Source: Octopus vulgaris
Lineage: Eukaryota
NCBI GenBank assembly: GCA_951406725.2
Contig: OX597817.1
Location: 129,642,001-129,706,000, forward strand
DNA: 64,000 nt
Reading direction: 5' to 3'
This document shows positions 42,184 through 56,354 of this stretch, one piece after another. The position numbers and the translations under genes were made by a program. The notes under the pieces were generated by a model, which was not told where the DNA came from, searched no databases, and saw only the letters and a program-made list of their open reading frames with translations. Positions within the stretch are counted from its first letter, which is position 1. Each line of letters begins with the position of its first letter.

Positions 42184-42719
42184 TGTATATACATATATAT
42201 ATATATCAGTGGGTGTCGAAACAACCATTTTTAAAGGACATTAATTCCACGGTATGCACAGTTTCAAATAGTATTTTAAATAAAATATATAAAACTTAGG
42301 GTTATGTGACACCCAACCCCCGTATCCCTCACATACCTCCCTCCACAATTAAATACCCTAATTTTCTATATTAATCATATAATCTCTAACACATATATAC
42401 TAAATTGCTTATGAATATGAACCATTGATCATATTCATTTCACCATTTTACTGTAGAAATCTTGTTTAAAACATCTGATGAGTAAAGATAGCAAAAACAT
42501 TGAGATATAAGACAATTGGCGGGTAGATACCCCTTCAACATGATAAAACTACTTTTCAATGTGTGTTACATGATTTTTTAAAGAAAATTTATACATTTTG
42601 TTTTTCAGATTATTTCAGAGCTAAATTGTATTATAATTTTACAAAAATACCTACATAAATTTAAACTAATAATTTGAGTATATAAAATTATATAATGGCA
42701 ACTAGAAGTAAAAGTCGTA

Positions 42720-42818
<99 letters not shown>

Positions 42819-42967
42819 TGTTTGTGTGTGTAGAGTGTTAGATGTGATGTACAGAATGGAATATTGAGAAAAAAAGTCGTCAGAATTTGAGGAAAAAATC
42901 CTTTAATTTCTTCATTATTATTAGAGCTTTCGTTCCTCTCTAGATATATATATTTGTATATATTTTT

Positions 42968-43320
42968 ATCTTTTACTCTTTTACTTGTTTCAGTTATTTG
43001 ACCGCGGTCATGCTAGAGCACCGTCTTTAGTTGAATAAATCGACCCCAGGACTTATTCTTTGTAAGTCTAGTACTTATTCTAACGGTTTCTTTTGCCGAA
43101 CCGCTAAGTTACGGGGACATAAACACACCAACATCGGTTGTGAAGCGATGGTGGGAGACAAACAGACAGACAGAAAGACAGACACACACAGACACACACA
43201 CACATATACGATGGGCTTCTAGTTTCCTCTACTAAATCCACTCACAAGGTTTTTGTCGGCCCGAGGTTATAGTAAAAGACACCCAAGATGCCACGCAGTA
43301 GGACTGAACCCGAAACCATG
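42968..43320 (-). mobile_element. SINE family A copy
   Basis: Reverse complement of 30851-31258. Confidence 0.85.
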
Positions 43321-43345
43321 TATATGTATATATATTATGTTTATT

Positions 43346-43465
43346 ATTCTTATACAAAAATGTTGTTGACAGTGACGTTTAAGTTTCGATCAGCTAAGCC
43401 ATCGTCGGATAGCTTAGCTGGGCGAAACTTCGAACTCACTGTCAACAACATTTTTGTATAAGAAT
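43346..43465. repeat. 120-nt hairpin
   Basis: attcttatacaaaaatgttgttgacagtga ... tcactgtcaacaacatttttgtataagaat, with an imperfect inner stem and a short loop. Confidence 0.9.
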
Positions 43466-43974
43466 TTGTACCCTACAAAGTTATAGAGTAACCCATGTGG
43501 AATGGCGGTCGATTAGTGAAGCGAATAAAGATAATGAATGTTATAATAATAGAAAAAAACCCTCAAATTTTGTTAGATACAGCTACCTAGGTTTTCTTCG
43601 TCGAATGATAATTTATTTCGCCATTTATACACATACGTACACATATACACATGCACATATATACACATCCATTTTGGGCTAGTGAGTGGTTCTATTACTC
43701 AGGAGTTTCCATGGTGTGAAGTTGTTTCTTCAGATAAGTCAAACTGAATGAAAAGATACATCACGCTTTACTGGCCGCGAAACCTGTGCAGAAAGAAAAA
43801 AAATATGCGTACAGTGTTAGCAACAGCATTAAAAAAATTTAAAAGTAAAGAAATAATCCCTTGTATTATAGGAACAACGCCGAAAATTTTGGCCGATGGG
43901 TACTTCTCGATCATATCGACACCAGTGCTTAAAGTTTTAACTAAGATATAAAATAGAGTAAAGAATTTTTTTTA

Positions 43975-44400
43975 TATTTCGGGACGGTCATTTTTTTTTT
44001 GTCAAATAAACACACGCACTATATATTCGTCATTCATTCGTTTATTATTCTTCTTATGTAAGATTAGAAATATAGTCTATAGTTTGCGGTGTACCGAGGG
44101 ACGGGGCAGAAACATCACTACAACTTACCTTGCAGAGACAGCACGCAGCATAGGGGAGCGAATAGGCGCAACTGGCGGGAGTTCAAAGAGAAGAAAGGTT
44201 CGTCACTGCTCTACCAGCACGCTCAACAAGAACATAAAGGCTCGCTTAATAACATAGAGGTTAATGTATTATCAACGCACAGAGCTGACACGACATTTAG
44301 ACCGATTACAGAGGTCATACACAGAGTAATAGACAGACCGAGCCTTAACAGAAAACACGAAAAAATAACACCTCTCACCTCATACTACGCAAGTAGAAGA
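43975..44400 (+). mobile_element. Second Penelope-like GIY-YIG fragment preceded by an inverted pLTR piece
   Basis: RNIVYSLRCTEG...YLAETARSIGER / LLYQHAQQEH...RPSLNRKHE. 43975-44030 resembles 39947-40005 (aaacacacgcactatatatt). Confidence 0.8.
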
Positions 44401-44663
44401 AAACAAGGAACAAGTACAAACAGTGTAATACACATACAAAAGACAAACGTGCACATACCTATGATAAATATAAGAAATAGAGATAAATAAGTAAAAAAAA
44501 CTATATAAAGGGCACGGATACAAACAACATAGTAAGCAAATCCATATACACACATACAGTAACTTCAGAAACGGCTGCAACAACGACAACAGCAGCAGCA
44601 GCAACAACAGCAACCACGATAACAACATGAACACAAACATAGAAAATACAAGAACAATATCAA

Positions 44664-45256
44664 AACTTAGCGGTTCAACAATCGCGACCGATAAAATAAC
44701 TTAGCGGTTCACAAAAAGAGATCGATAAAATAATTTATCAGTTCGGCAAGGGAGATCGATAAAATAAATTAGAGGTTCGCCAAACAAGATCGATAAAATA
44801 ACTTAGCGTTTCGCCAAAGGTGATCGATAATATAACATAGCGGTTCGCCAAATGTGATCGATAAAATAACTTATCGGTTCGCCAAAGGAGAATAATAAAA
44901 TAACTTAGCGGTTCGCCAAAGGAGAATGATAAAAAAAAACTTAGCAGTACGCCAAAGGTGATTGATAAAATAAATTAGCGGTTCACCAAAGGAGATCGAT
45001 AAAATAACTTTAGCGGTTCGGCAAAGTAGATCGATAAAATAAACTAGCGATTCGCTAAACGAGATCGATAAGATCAATTAGCGGTTCGCCAAAGGAGATC
45101 GATAAAATAACCTAGTGGTTCGCCAAAGGAGCTTGATAAAATAACCTAGCTGTTCGCCAAAGGAAATCGATAAAATAACTTAGCGGTTCGCCAATGGTAA
45201 CGATAAAATAACTTAGCAGTTCGCGAAAGGTAATCGATAAAATAACTTAGCGGTTC
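44664..45256 (+). repeat. 34-bp minisatellite, ~17 copies, derived from SINE A
   Basis: Unit ACTTAGCGGTTCGCCAAAGGAGATCGATAAAATA; compare SINE A acttagcggttcggcaaaagagaccgatagaata at 31124-31157. Confidence 0.92.
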
Positions 45257-45614
45257 TGTCGGACTCTCCCTCGCTTACTCTTACTCTGTCTTTCTCTATC
45301 TCTCTCCCATTTATAAAAAAATAGATTTCTGCGCTTAAATTACAAATCCGCTCCCACTTTACCATGTTGAAAATTAGATTGAAATCGGGCATAAGATGTC
45401 CAATCTAGACCACCAAGTGTCCCCCAAAATCAATTAAATCCCCGTTTTCACACCAAAGCAACCACTGTATCGCCCCAAAACGTCTCCCAATCAATTTCTC
45501 ACCTCAAGTTACCCCCTCCTGTAAATTTTAATCCCCTTCAAGCCCCATTTAGACCCTTTTTACATAAAAATCCAATTTGTATCAGCGTCCGCCTCCTTCA
45601 TTTTATAGATTAGA

Positions 45615-45828
45615 CATATATACCCGACCTTGCTCAGGATTAAAATAGTTTATTATTGTATTACTTGTTCCGGTATCATAACCCGATTTTACATTTTAAA
45701 AGATGAGGAATTTTGCCCTAGAGGCCATGCATTTCAATTGAGCAAACTCAAAGTTGCCATGCAAACTCGCTAACACTTTTAACATAGATGTGCATATTTT
45801 CAGGCCAATCCGACCACATATGCACACA

Positions 45829-45863
<35 letters not shown>

Positions 45864-45879
45864 CGTATTAAATATGTAC

Positions 45880-45914
<35 letters not shown>

Positions 45915-45963
45915 TATATAAATATATACACTTTATATATATACATACATACATATATATATA

Positions 45964-46007
<44 letters not shown>

Positions 46008-46545
46008 TATTCATTATACATATATTTATACACACACACACATATAAATTAACACAAAATATCTGATTAATAATATCTTTTATGATTGTGCGGTGGTGGT
46101 GGGCGTTAATAATTCACCGTTCTAAAAGACCTGTGGCGGGAATATTTAAACTTTTGCAGCTGTCAATGCTTTCTCTCTATAGATACAGACAGACGTAAAG
46201 TGAGAGAGGTGGTGGGAGAAAGAGTGACAGAGAGACGGTGAAGCTGTCAAACGTCGTTATAGAGAGAAATTTGAGGAAGGGAGGGAAAAGAGAGATCGGG
46301 GGAGAGAGGGTGATATCCGAAAGGGAGAAACGACAAACACTTGTCAAAGTGTGGGTTTTGTTGCTCTAGTAACCACAGCTTTTGAGATAGGGATTTCTAT
46401 CCTTGTCGACTCACTGCCTTCCCCTTTTTACATGTCCCTGTAAATTTTGAAGCCAATCCGACCCCATATAGTGCCCCTTAACCCTTTCCAATCCCCAAAT
46501 GAGACAAACAAACTTTTCGCATTTCAGCTTTATAGATATTGATTG
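45615..46545 (+). mobile_element. Possible non-autonomous Helentron/Helitron-like element
   Basis: Starts tacccgaccttgctcagg and ends gacaaacaaac...ctttatagatattgatt, with internal simple repeats. Pattern resemblance only. Confidence 0.35.
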
Positions 46546-46680
46546 TACATGAAGAAAAAGAATAGTGGTAAAGGTCTTATCGGTGTGGATTATTGTTTAA
46601 GAGACCAAAGGAAAACGCTTTCAAAATATTTGGTGAACAGTACTGAAGAGTTGTTGCAATATGCAGCGAAAGATATATGG
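46540..46680 (+). mobile_element. Short R4/Dong RT fragment
   Basis: RLYMK.KNSGKGLIGVDYC (frameshifted) matches the LYVPRKRGERGLIG motif at ~16900. Confidence 0.5.
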
Positions 46681-47186
46681 TATAAATGGAGATGGTAAGG
46701 AAATGGAGGCTAACCTTAAATAGTGGAATTCTGTTGGGCATGTTCTCTTCTCCACTCAGGAGTATGGTAAGCAGTGAAAATATTAGGCCTAATGTCTGGA
46801 TCGATATTATATCAATATTACACTTGTTAGAAGTGGCTAATATAAAATATAAGTACAGGAAAGAGTTAAAGAATGTCTAAGAATATGGGACAGGGACATG
46901 AGAGAAAACCAAAGCTGACAACGAAGAGTAGATCATATTTAGACGTTGCACAGTTAGAATGGCTGCATGTGCTTCTGGTTTCATGTGATATCTTCATTTG
47001 ATGAAAGAGTTATAAACGAAAAAGAACGGCGTGTTTTGATGTGGGCTGAACGAACATGATCATTCTTTGATAACAGTCACTGGAATAAACGATAGTGTCA
47101 GGTGTTGATATCGTTGGGATCTCCAGTCGATTGGTGATAAGAACTGTGTCCCGCTGTTGAAGATATATGTAGAATAAATATGTATG

Positions 47187-47220
<34 letters not shown>

Positions 47221-47977
47221 TGTATGTATGTATGTATGTATGTATGCATGCATGTATGTATGCATGTATGTATGTATGTATGTATGTATGTATGTATGTA
47301 TGTATGTATGTATGTATGTGTCATTATTCAGTTTATTTCAAGATTTCTTGCTAAAAGAGAAAGAACCGGTTTCTAACCTAGATCCAAAGCTCCTTCATTG
47401 GAATTTTACCATTAACAACAGGGCATTTTTGTTTGTATATATGCATGTGCATATATATGTCTGTATGTGAAGATTTGTATGTTTTATATATGTATTCTCA
47501 TGCATATAGCTGCATATCTAGACATGCTCATATATGTTTAATTGATAAACTTCTGGAAAGTTTTCCAGGTTTTTCCAGTTTTTACAGTTCCAGTTATTGA
47601 TTGGATGTGTAGTCTTCGAATTAGCTTTCTCCTTTCTGATTTTGAGAAGTCTAATTTCTCAAGATTGGTATTTAGGCAGTGTGTTACATGTATGTACTAT
47701 GTATGTATGTATGTATGTATGTATGTATGTATGTATGTATGTATGTATGTATGTATGTATGTATGTATGTATGTATGTATGTGTGTGTGTGTGTACATGT
47801 GTGCTTATGTATTTGAGTATGTATGTACGCATGTATGTATGTGTGTATATGTATGTATGGAAACGTTCTTGCATGCGTGCATGCCTGCACGTATGTGAGT
47901 AGGGATGCATGTATGCATGCATGCATATGTGTATGTATGTGTGTGTATATATTTATGTATGTGTGTGTTTATTTATT

Positions 47978-48016
<39 letters not shown>

Positions 48017-48429
48017 ATGTGTGTGTGTGTATGTATGTACGTATGTATGTATGTATGCATATATATATATATATACACACACAAAGAAGATAGAAAATGG
48101 AGAAATATCGATGGACAACAAGTAGCTTACATCATTTATTATTTATTATTATAATTAATGTATGTCTATTGTTGTTTTTCGACATTTCTCCATTTTCTGG
48201 CTTTAAATTTTGGTTCTTGATAAACTCATGTTTATCCTTGTTTTTATCTATAATTTATGAGCATAATACGCTTGCATATGCATGCTCATGGTTAAATATA
48301 GATAATATACCGGTAGTGTAATGGATACTTTTATCCCTTAGACGGTTATTTTAACCTCTAACTCGGTTAACCTTATATATATAATTATATATATATATAT
48401 ATATGTGTTTGTGGGTATCTGTGTATACA

Positions 48430-48720
48430 TGTAATAAAGACACATACAATAGGAATACAAAATAGCTGATCATTAGTAAGAAAAGACAAAAAAAAGAAAA
48501 GAAAGAAGAAAGCAAAGGACCACTGATGAGGTCACAGAAGTGTGACGAAAGAACTTTGGCCGAAATACGATTAATATAAAATAAAGCTGAAGCAAGTGAA
48601 CACCAAATATATAGTGCGTGTGTTTTTTATTGGCTAAACTGGCAGCATGACCATGCTCAAATACAACAATATCTGTTTCAACACACGAATTCACATCAAG
48701 AATCTTGCAAAACGAATATA
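48430..48720 (+). mobile_element. Solo Penelope-type pLTR
   Basis: Homologous to 41040-41280 and, inverted, to 39895-40084. Confidence 0.8.
48517..48561 (+). ncRNA. Minimal type I hammerhead ribozyme motif with intact core
   Basis: ggacca-CTGATGA-g-GTCACA gaag TGTGAC-GAAA-gaac-TT-tggcc: CUGAUGA and GAAA cores, 6-bp stem II, very short stem III, short stem I. Confidence 0.7.
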
Positions 48721-48725
48721 TAAAC

Positions 48726-48806
<81 letters not shown>

Positions 48807-49430
48807 CATATACAGTATATGTGTTTATGTGTATGTATGTACGTACGAATGCGTGTATTGGCGTATTTTTTCTACAAAAATGTTAACACATGTACACGGT
48901 ACTGAGATAAATGTATATACATTGCATAAACATGTATGTAAAATATGTGTAGAAGTGTATAGGCACAAAATTTACAAGCACAGAGACGCGCATATACATA
49001 TATACGACGAGTTGTACACACACACACATTTATACGCGAAATTAATATAGGCTTTCTTGCCACCTGGAATAATTTCAAAAACTCTACAGTAAACGCCAAC
49101 AGGGACTCAACAGGGTTTTAGATGACGAATCATTCCTGCAGGTATCCTGGAATTGAGGAAATTTGCCAGCATTTCATACCTCCTAGTAGTCATCATTTCC
49201 GATCAGACAAGATAAATGATTACAATTGGGAGTTGACATAAGATTTAAGGAGTTGGTTTAAGATTTCATTTCGAATCATTTGAGAGGATTTGCCGCCATT
49301 CGGCTCGTTATTTCTATTCCTTGTGCAGAAATGTGTGTGTGTGTGTGTATATATATATATACTATATACATGTATATATTTGTATGTACGTGTGCTTGTA
49401 TATATATATGTGCGTGTGTGTGTGTATATA

Positions 49431-49482
<52 letters not shown>

Positions 49483-49549
49483 CATACATATATGTATATG
49501 TATATGTATGTATATGTATATATACATCCTTTGGCAAGTTCTTGACCCC

Positions 49550-50000
49550 ATCCAGGACAACTTTTCGCATGATCTTGCCCTCACAGCTCAATTGTGTGTT
49601 GCACAATGTTGGTAAACATCATTTAAGATGCTGTACCCGAAACAAGACAGATTACATGTCCATCCATGAGTCTAAAATCCACTTGTTAATCTGTTCTAAG
49701 AATGACACACACACTTTAAGGAGGTCAGAGTCTTCAAGTACCTTGGATCCTCTGTTGCAGACAATTGAAAAGATTTCTTGAAGCGTAAGGCTCAGATTGA
49801 AAGTACTTGTAACAAGCTTCAAAACATCTAGCAATCGAGTATTTCAAAGTGAACGAGTCTGCCTCTTTTAGGGCATGTATTGAGAGTATTCTTCTTTAAC
49901 TAACCGAGACATGAATTACGAGAGAGCTTCAAGGTTATCTTGTTGGTACGTACACGGACTTCTGATGAGTGCCCCAAAGCATTTCATGGTATGAAGACAA
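49550..50000 (+). mobile_element. RTE-like LINE RT remnant
   Basis: DLAL..., [27 protein letters not shown]; many stops. Confidence 0.6.
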
Positions 50001-50019
50001 AACCTAAGAGTAGATTTAT

Positions 50020-50690
50020 ACTCTTTACTCTTTTACTTGTTTCAGTCTTTTGACTGTGGTCATGCTGGAGCACCGCCTTTGGTCGAACAAATCGACCCCA
50101 GGACTTATTCTTTGGATGCCTTGTACTTATTCTATCGGTCTCTTTTGCCGAACCGCTAAGTTACGGGGACATAAACACACCACCATCGGTTGTCAAGCGA
50201 TGTTGGGGGGGGGGACAAACAGAGACACACAAACATATACACACGCACACATACATATATATATATATATATACATATATAATAAGGCTTCTTTCAGTTT
50301 CCTATTTCTTTTTTGCTCACAAGGGGCTAAACATAGAGGGGACAAACAAGGACAGACAAAGGGATTAAGTCGATTACATCGACCCCAGTGCGTAACTGGT
50401 ACTTAATTTATCGACTCCGAAATTATGAAAGGCAACGTCGACCTCGGCGAAATTTGAACTCAGAACGTAGCGGCAGACGAAATACCGCAAAGCATTTCGC
50501 CTGGCGGGCTAATGTTTCTGCCAGCTCGCCGGCTTCTTTCGGTTTCTGTCCATCAAATCCACTCACAAGGCTTTGGTCGGCCCGAGGCTATAGTAGAAGA
50601 CACTTGACCAAGTTTCCACGCAGTTGGATTGAACCCGAAACCATGTGGTTGGGAAGCAAGTTACTTACCACACAGCCACTCCTACGCCTA
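50020..50690 (-). mobile_element. SINE A with a full SINE B nested at 50302-50530
   Basis: 16-bp duplication ggcttctttc(a/g)gtttc at 50286-50301 and 50531-50546. Confidence 0.9.
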
Positions 50691-50982
50691 TTATGGGCAT
50701 ATTTCCTTCATTTCCACCATAGTTTCTCAACGCACAATAGGCCTTGCTGGCCGCTACAATCGTTCTGAACAACGGGACTTACAAGATGTGAAATTTTGGT
50801 GACTTCTACATTCTACAAACAGACGAAGACCTCTCAGCTACATTGATGTCATTGTCAAAGACGAACTGCTTGGAATTCAGGATTTACCAATGCACACAGA
50901 TTCCTGGCACGGCGTTGTAAAACGTTTCTCGCTTGCTGCGGCTTGAAAAAGAAACTCACGCACACGCGCACGCACGCACGCG

Positions 50983-51028
<46 letters not shown>

Positions 51029-51269
51029 CATACACAAACATTATGTATGTACGTATGTTATATGTACATATGTACGTCGTATATACGTGTATATATTCTA
51101 AAGAATATGTGAATATGCATGTGTACGTAGGTATGTATGCATGTGTGTGTATATCTATCTATCTATCTGTCTATATATATATAGATATAGATATATGTAT
51201 GTATATATATATATATTGTGTGTATGTATATATATAGTGTGCATAAATATGTATATATATGTATATATA

Positions 51270-51323
<54 letters not shown>

Positions 51324-51577
51324 ATGTATGTATATATGTAGGTAGGTATGTATGCCTGGATTTATGTGCTTGTGTGATTGTTAATAATAGTTTTGCATTT
51401 GTATATATCACATGTCCCACAAGACTGCAATATTTTGAAAGTTAAAATTATGGTTAAATACCTTTTTTACATATGGGACAAGATACCTTTACCATCAACT
51501 GCAATAATAACACCGCCGATAACAAAAACACTACCATCAACAACAGCAACAACTCCACTACCAGCAATAACAAGAAA

Positions 51578-51697
<120 letters not shown>

Positions 51698-52109
51698 ATA
51701 ATGGTTATGCTAAAAGAAAAACACCGCTCTGATATACGAAATTAATGATGGTTTGCAGTCATTTTTATTTATTATTATTAAATAGGTCGAATGTCCAAAT
51801 TTATAGGTCATTTCTGTGCGACCTTGATAGTTGACGAAAGTAAAATGTCATAATGTGACCCTTGACTTTTATTTCCCTTTCCGGTTTGAAGGAGTATGTA
51901 ACAAAACTGCGCTGACTTGGCAGTAATAGACCTCGAACACCGCCCCGTAATTACAGCACAAAGCGACAGAAATAATAATTTTCACAAGAGCAGCAAACAA
52001 GGGAGCTTTGGATTGACAGAACAAGATAAGCACGATAATACCAACATATACAAAAGTAATATGAAAGATTTCACAAGAAGGAGTCTATTTGGTCTTGTGC
52101 GTGAAATAT

Positions 52110-52500
52110 TGGTTTCAAATTTTGGCACAATACTAGCAATTTCGTGGCAGTGGTTTAGTCGATTATATTGACCCCAGCGCTCAGCTGGGACTTATTTTAT
52201 TGGCTCCGAAAGGATGGAAGGGAAAGTCGACCTCAGCGGAATTTGATCTCAGAACGTAAAGACGGGCGAAATGCCACTAAGCATTTTACCCGACGTGCTA
52301 ACAATTCTGCCAACTTGCCGCCTTGCTGCATAAAATAATACTATCATTGCTGTGTTATATGCATTTTAACGATGATTTGCATATTTGAGATGAGAGATCG
52401 TTAGGACGCTGGGCAAAATGCTTAGCGGTATTTCACTCATTTTTATGTTCTGGGTTCGAATTTCGTCGAGGTTGACTTTGTCTTTCATGCTTTCGAGGTT
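52110..52500. mobile_element. Two divergently oriented SINE B copies (52110-52323 minus, ~52390-52500 plus)
   Basis: gtcgacctcagcggaatttg and aaatgcttagcggtatttc motifs. Confidence 0.75.
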
Positions 52501-53439
52501 GTGCCTATAGTCGAAATGATTATTAATACATTCCGGAGGATTCAAGCGCAAGCGTGATAGTCGCTCTTGTGAACGTCTTAGGATAGCAACTTTTCTCTTT
52601 TACGACGACATTGTGTTAATAACACACTCGGCTCGTTGGCGCAAGAGATTTTGAGAGTCCGATGTTTCAACGTTTCTTCTCAGTCCGAAGTACCCATTGG
52701 TTTTGTTTATAATTTCATATGTATTTTAGTTTTAGGTAAATGCAAATTGTCAAACCATTTTTAGCCTACTACTGCCTGGTGAGTATTTCTAAATGTCTAT
52801 CGCATGTCACCCATAAACTTGTGTTATGTTACTGCTGACACATGTAATATTATTCTATCTTCACTGACGTTGGGTGTCCGGCAAACTTAGACTTTGGAGC
52901 TCCACACAACATGGCTCTCATCAGAATTTTGGCCGGCGACACCGTTAACAGAAGTTTGCTGATGTCCTTTCTTGGTTATATGTCCTTTTTGTGTGGCTTT
53001 TGTCACTGTCGCTTTGATTGTATTTGCTGTTGTTATGCGTGTAGTTTTTCCTGGTGTGATAGTTGCGAGTTTCGTTGTTGTTGTTGTTGTTGTTGATGAT
53101 GATGATGTCATTGCTTGGTAGATTCTAATGGTATTTTGTTAAACCTTCCTACTTTCAATTTTGGAGGACCTTCATTGATTTTCTTCTCATTCTTATGACG
53201 GCATCTAACGATAAGTCGGTCTTCCCTGCCCTCGTTATTTGACAAGGAGTTGAAGCAATAGAAAGATGAAAAGAGAAATGACATAGCCGTGCATATGTCT
53301 GTCGACGTTGTTTCTATCAGTGTTGGAATCGTGGAATTTTTTAATGGTGGTGAATGTCTTGTTCTATACCGATTTGATTGCCAATGGTGATAACGTAACT
53401 GGTTACTTCTACAGTTGATAGTGTGCTTGACTGGAGTGT

Positions 53440-53800
53440 TGTTTCAATTTTTGCGGCTGTTGTTTCTCTGAGGATGTATCTGGTTGTGGTATTTGACAGC
53501 AAGGTTTCTTGTTGCCCACTTTCGTTTTGTCCTAGGAAGGACTCTACGTTCTCTGGAGTCGGTGATACTGCATATATAACACCTAAGCCTCCTTCCCTCT
53601 ATCACAACTTTCCTCTGATATTCACTTTTCAAATGAATGAAGTCGTGGAGTTTTGGGTATTTTGCAAAGGGAAGCAGTATCTGAACTAATATTTGGACTT
53701 CCGACCAGTTTTGGTGTGGAATTGAACAGGAGTTGATTACCACTTCAAGCTTTCTAAAATCATTCTTGAAAATTGATGTCAATGGCAAAGTCATACATCA
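53440..53800 (-). mobile_element. Possible LINE ORF1 (gag-like) remnant
   Basis: RKVVIEGRRLRCYIC resembles the VxVEGRxxxCxxC zinc-knuckle lead-in. Confidence 0.35.
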
Positions 53801-55297
53801 TTCAGTTAGATTTTGACTAATCGCCTCCGGTGTAGGGTAGCAGTAGTTTATACTGCTTGGAAGAATATGGCTAAACGTCCTTTGGCAAGTTCTCCATTGT
53901 CGCACAGAGCCAACATTATTTTATATATCCTTCCTTTGTTTACATACCATATGGCACCCCATACATTCTCGGGACATTTTCGGCTTGTGCTGGAGTGGGG
54001 GTTGTCTTTTTTTTTAATTTTCCGTTCACAACATTTTGTGTGGTTCTTTCTTTATTCTCTTTTAAATTTCTGCGTCTGACAGGGTCGACATATCAACGCT
54101 AGACAAACAATGCAAGCCTTATAAGTTTGCTTGAAGGCTTCTTTGTTTGCAAGTGAGTGCACTACCAGCAAGCTGATCGTTTGGCTGAAGGAGATAGATT
54201 TCTTGCCGGCGAAGAAGAAGATGGTGGTATAGAGTGTTGCATCTGAGAGTAGAGCTGGTGAAAAGAGTGTTGCTATTGCTGTTAGTGTTGTTACTGATGC
54301 TAGTCGCGATAGTAATGGTGGTTGCACGCATATTTCTTCTGGTTAGAATATTAACTAAAGTGGATTTAACTCTTGCTACTGCCAGTGGTATTCGCGGCAA
54401 CGATGGTTGAGCTAGTTGTTACAATTGTTTTGGTCGCACGCATTTCAACGGTGACGGTGAAGTTTACTGGTGGTGATGTTGGTAGCGTTGGATACAGCTG
54501 GTCTTACTGTTGTTGTTGTTGTTGTTGTTGTTGCGCTAATGCTGTTGACGCTGATGCTGCGAGATACTTGTTGTTGTAATGGTGGCGATGACTCTGATTT
54601 CTATATGCTAATGTCGTCGTTTATACTTTTGGTGAGAGAATGTACCTCATCTGTTACCATCCTTTCCATTTTCTTAGTGAAGGAAGGGACTTTTTTCTCC
54701 AATGCACCAGCCATTCGCTTTATGTCTCTTTTCACCATCCTTTATTATTTATTGACTTGACTTATTTTGTTTTAAATCCAAATTGCTGCTAAGCGCTTTT
54801 TCCGACTCGTTAACTATTCTGCCGCCTTGCCGCTTTGCCACCTTGCCGCCTTTTCTAATTTAGGTACAAAGCCACCAAACTGTGGCGAGTCAATGAGACG
54901 GTTACATGGATTCCAGTATTTGACTGGTACTTTATTTCATCGACGACGGAAAGATGAAAGGCAAAGATGGTATCTGAACTGGTTATGTAAAGAACCAGAA
55001 AAGAAAAATACAAAACATTTTGTTTCACGCTCTAACGCATCACATCTCAAACGTTTTCAAATATCGTCCCTTTCGTTTAGTAACACATTTTTAACGCCTC
55101 TTGCTAACACTCAATGACACCACCCTCCGACTTTTTATATGCTTACAAGTGATATCAGGCCAGACTAATTTAGTTCCGAGTAATAGTTTGATGCGGGTGG
55201 CTATAAATGATTAGTTGATGTATCACTGCTTGATCTTAGTTATAGATCAAACCATTAGCATGTAGTTTCGGCCAGTCCGAGGTACATATTCTTTGTG

Positions 55298-55380
<83 letters not shown>

Positions 55381-55839
55381 ACACACACGCACACACGCAC
55401 ACACACACATACATACACACATATATACTCCTGAAACTGTCAGTTAAACCTCATCTTTATATTCGGAATTTACAGTTGTATATTCTTTGCGTGTACACTC
55501 TTAATTTCAGTGTTTAAGCGCGAGTTTGCGTATGGATAGATTATAAGATTAGCAAATTACACTCTTGGCAAGAATCAATAATCTCCAAGCATGTACCAAT
55601 GCATGTTTAAGCGCACACAACTTAAAATGTTACCTAACGCTGTAGGTGCAGTGGCTGTCTTTATTGCATATATGGTGATATGCAAGTGGGTGTGTGGTCA
55701 GAATCTTGCTTCCCAACCACATAGTTCCGCGTTCAGACCTACTGCAAAGCACCTTGGGCATGTATTTTCTCCTATAGCCTCGAATCGACCAAATCCTTGA
55801 GTGGATTTGGTAGACAGAAAATGAAGAAGCCCGTCGTGT

Positions 55840-55964
<125 letters not shown>

Positions 55965-56262
55965 AATTTTTTGCGTAATAAGATGAAAAAAAACCAAGGC
56001 TGTATTGATAGAGCATTTACAGATAGAAGGTCTTACATCTGTTTCTAGGATATTAATTAATAATATTCCTTCATCGGAGACGGTGTAAGAGGAAAATTAA
56101 GTCATAGTTAGTTTAGATGTGGTACACACGCTGACATAAAACCAACGCAATATTACCGAATCTGGAACTTAACTATGGTCTGTCTATAGCACTTATTCAG
56201 CATTACCTGACACCTTTGGGTCTCAATGACACCATTATCTCTTATATACATACATACATACA

Positions 56263-56354
<92 letters not shown>

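Noticed and set aside
42475-42506. CTGATGAG hammerhead-like start
   Set aside because: The GAAA box is absent (AAAA) and stem II is unconvincing.
44664-45256. CRISPR-like array
   Set aside because: Tandem units have no unique spacers, derive from a SINE, and lie in eukaryotic DNA with no cas genes.
52736-52778. Plus-strand micro-exon (ttttag|...CCTG|gtgagt)
   Set aside because: Good splice sites, but no partner exons or recognisable peptide; could be chance.
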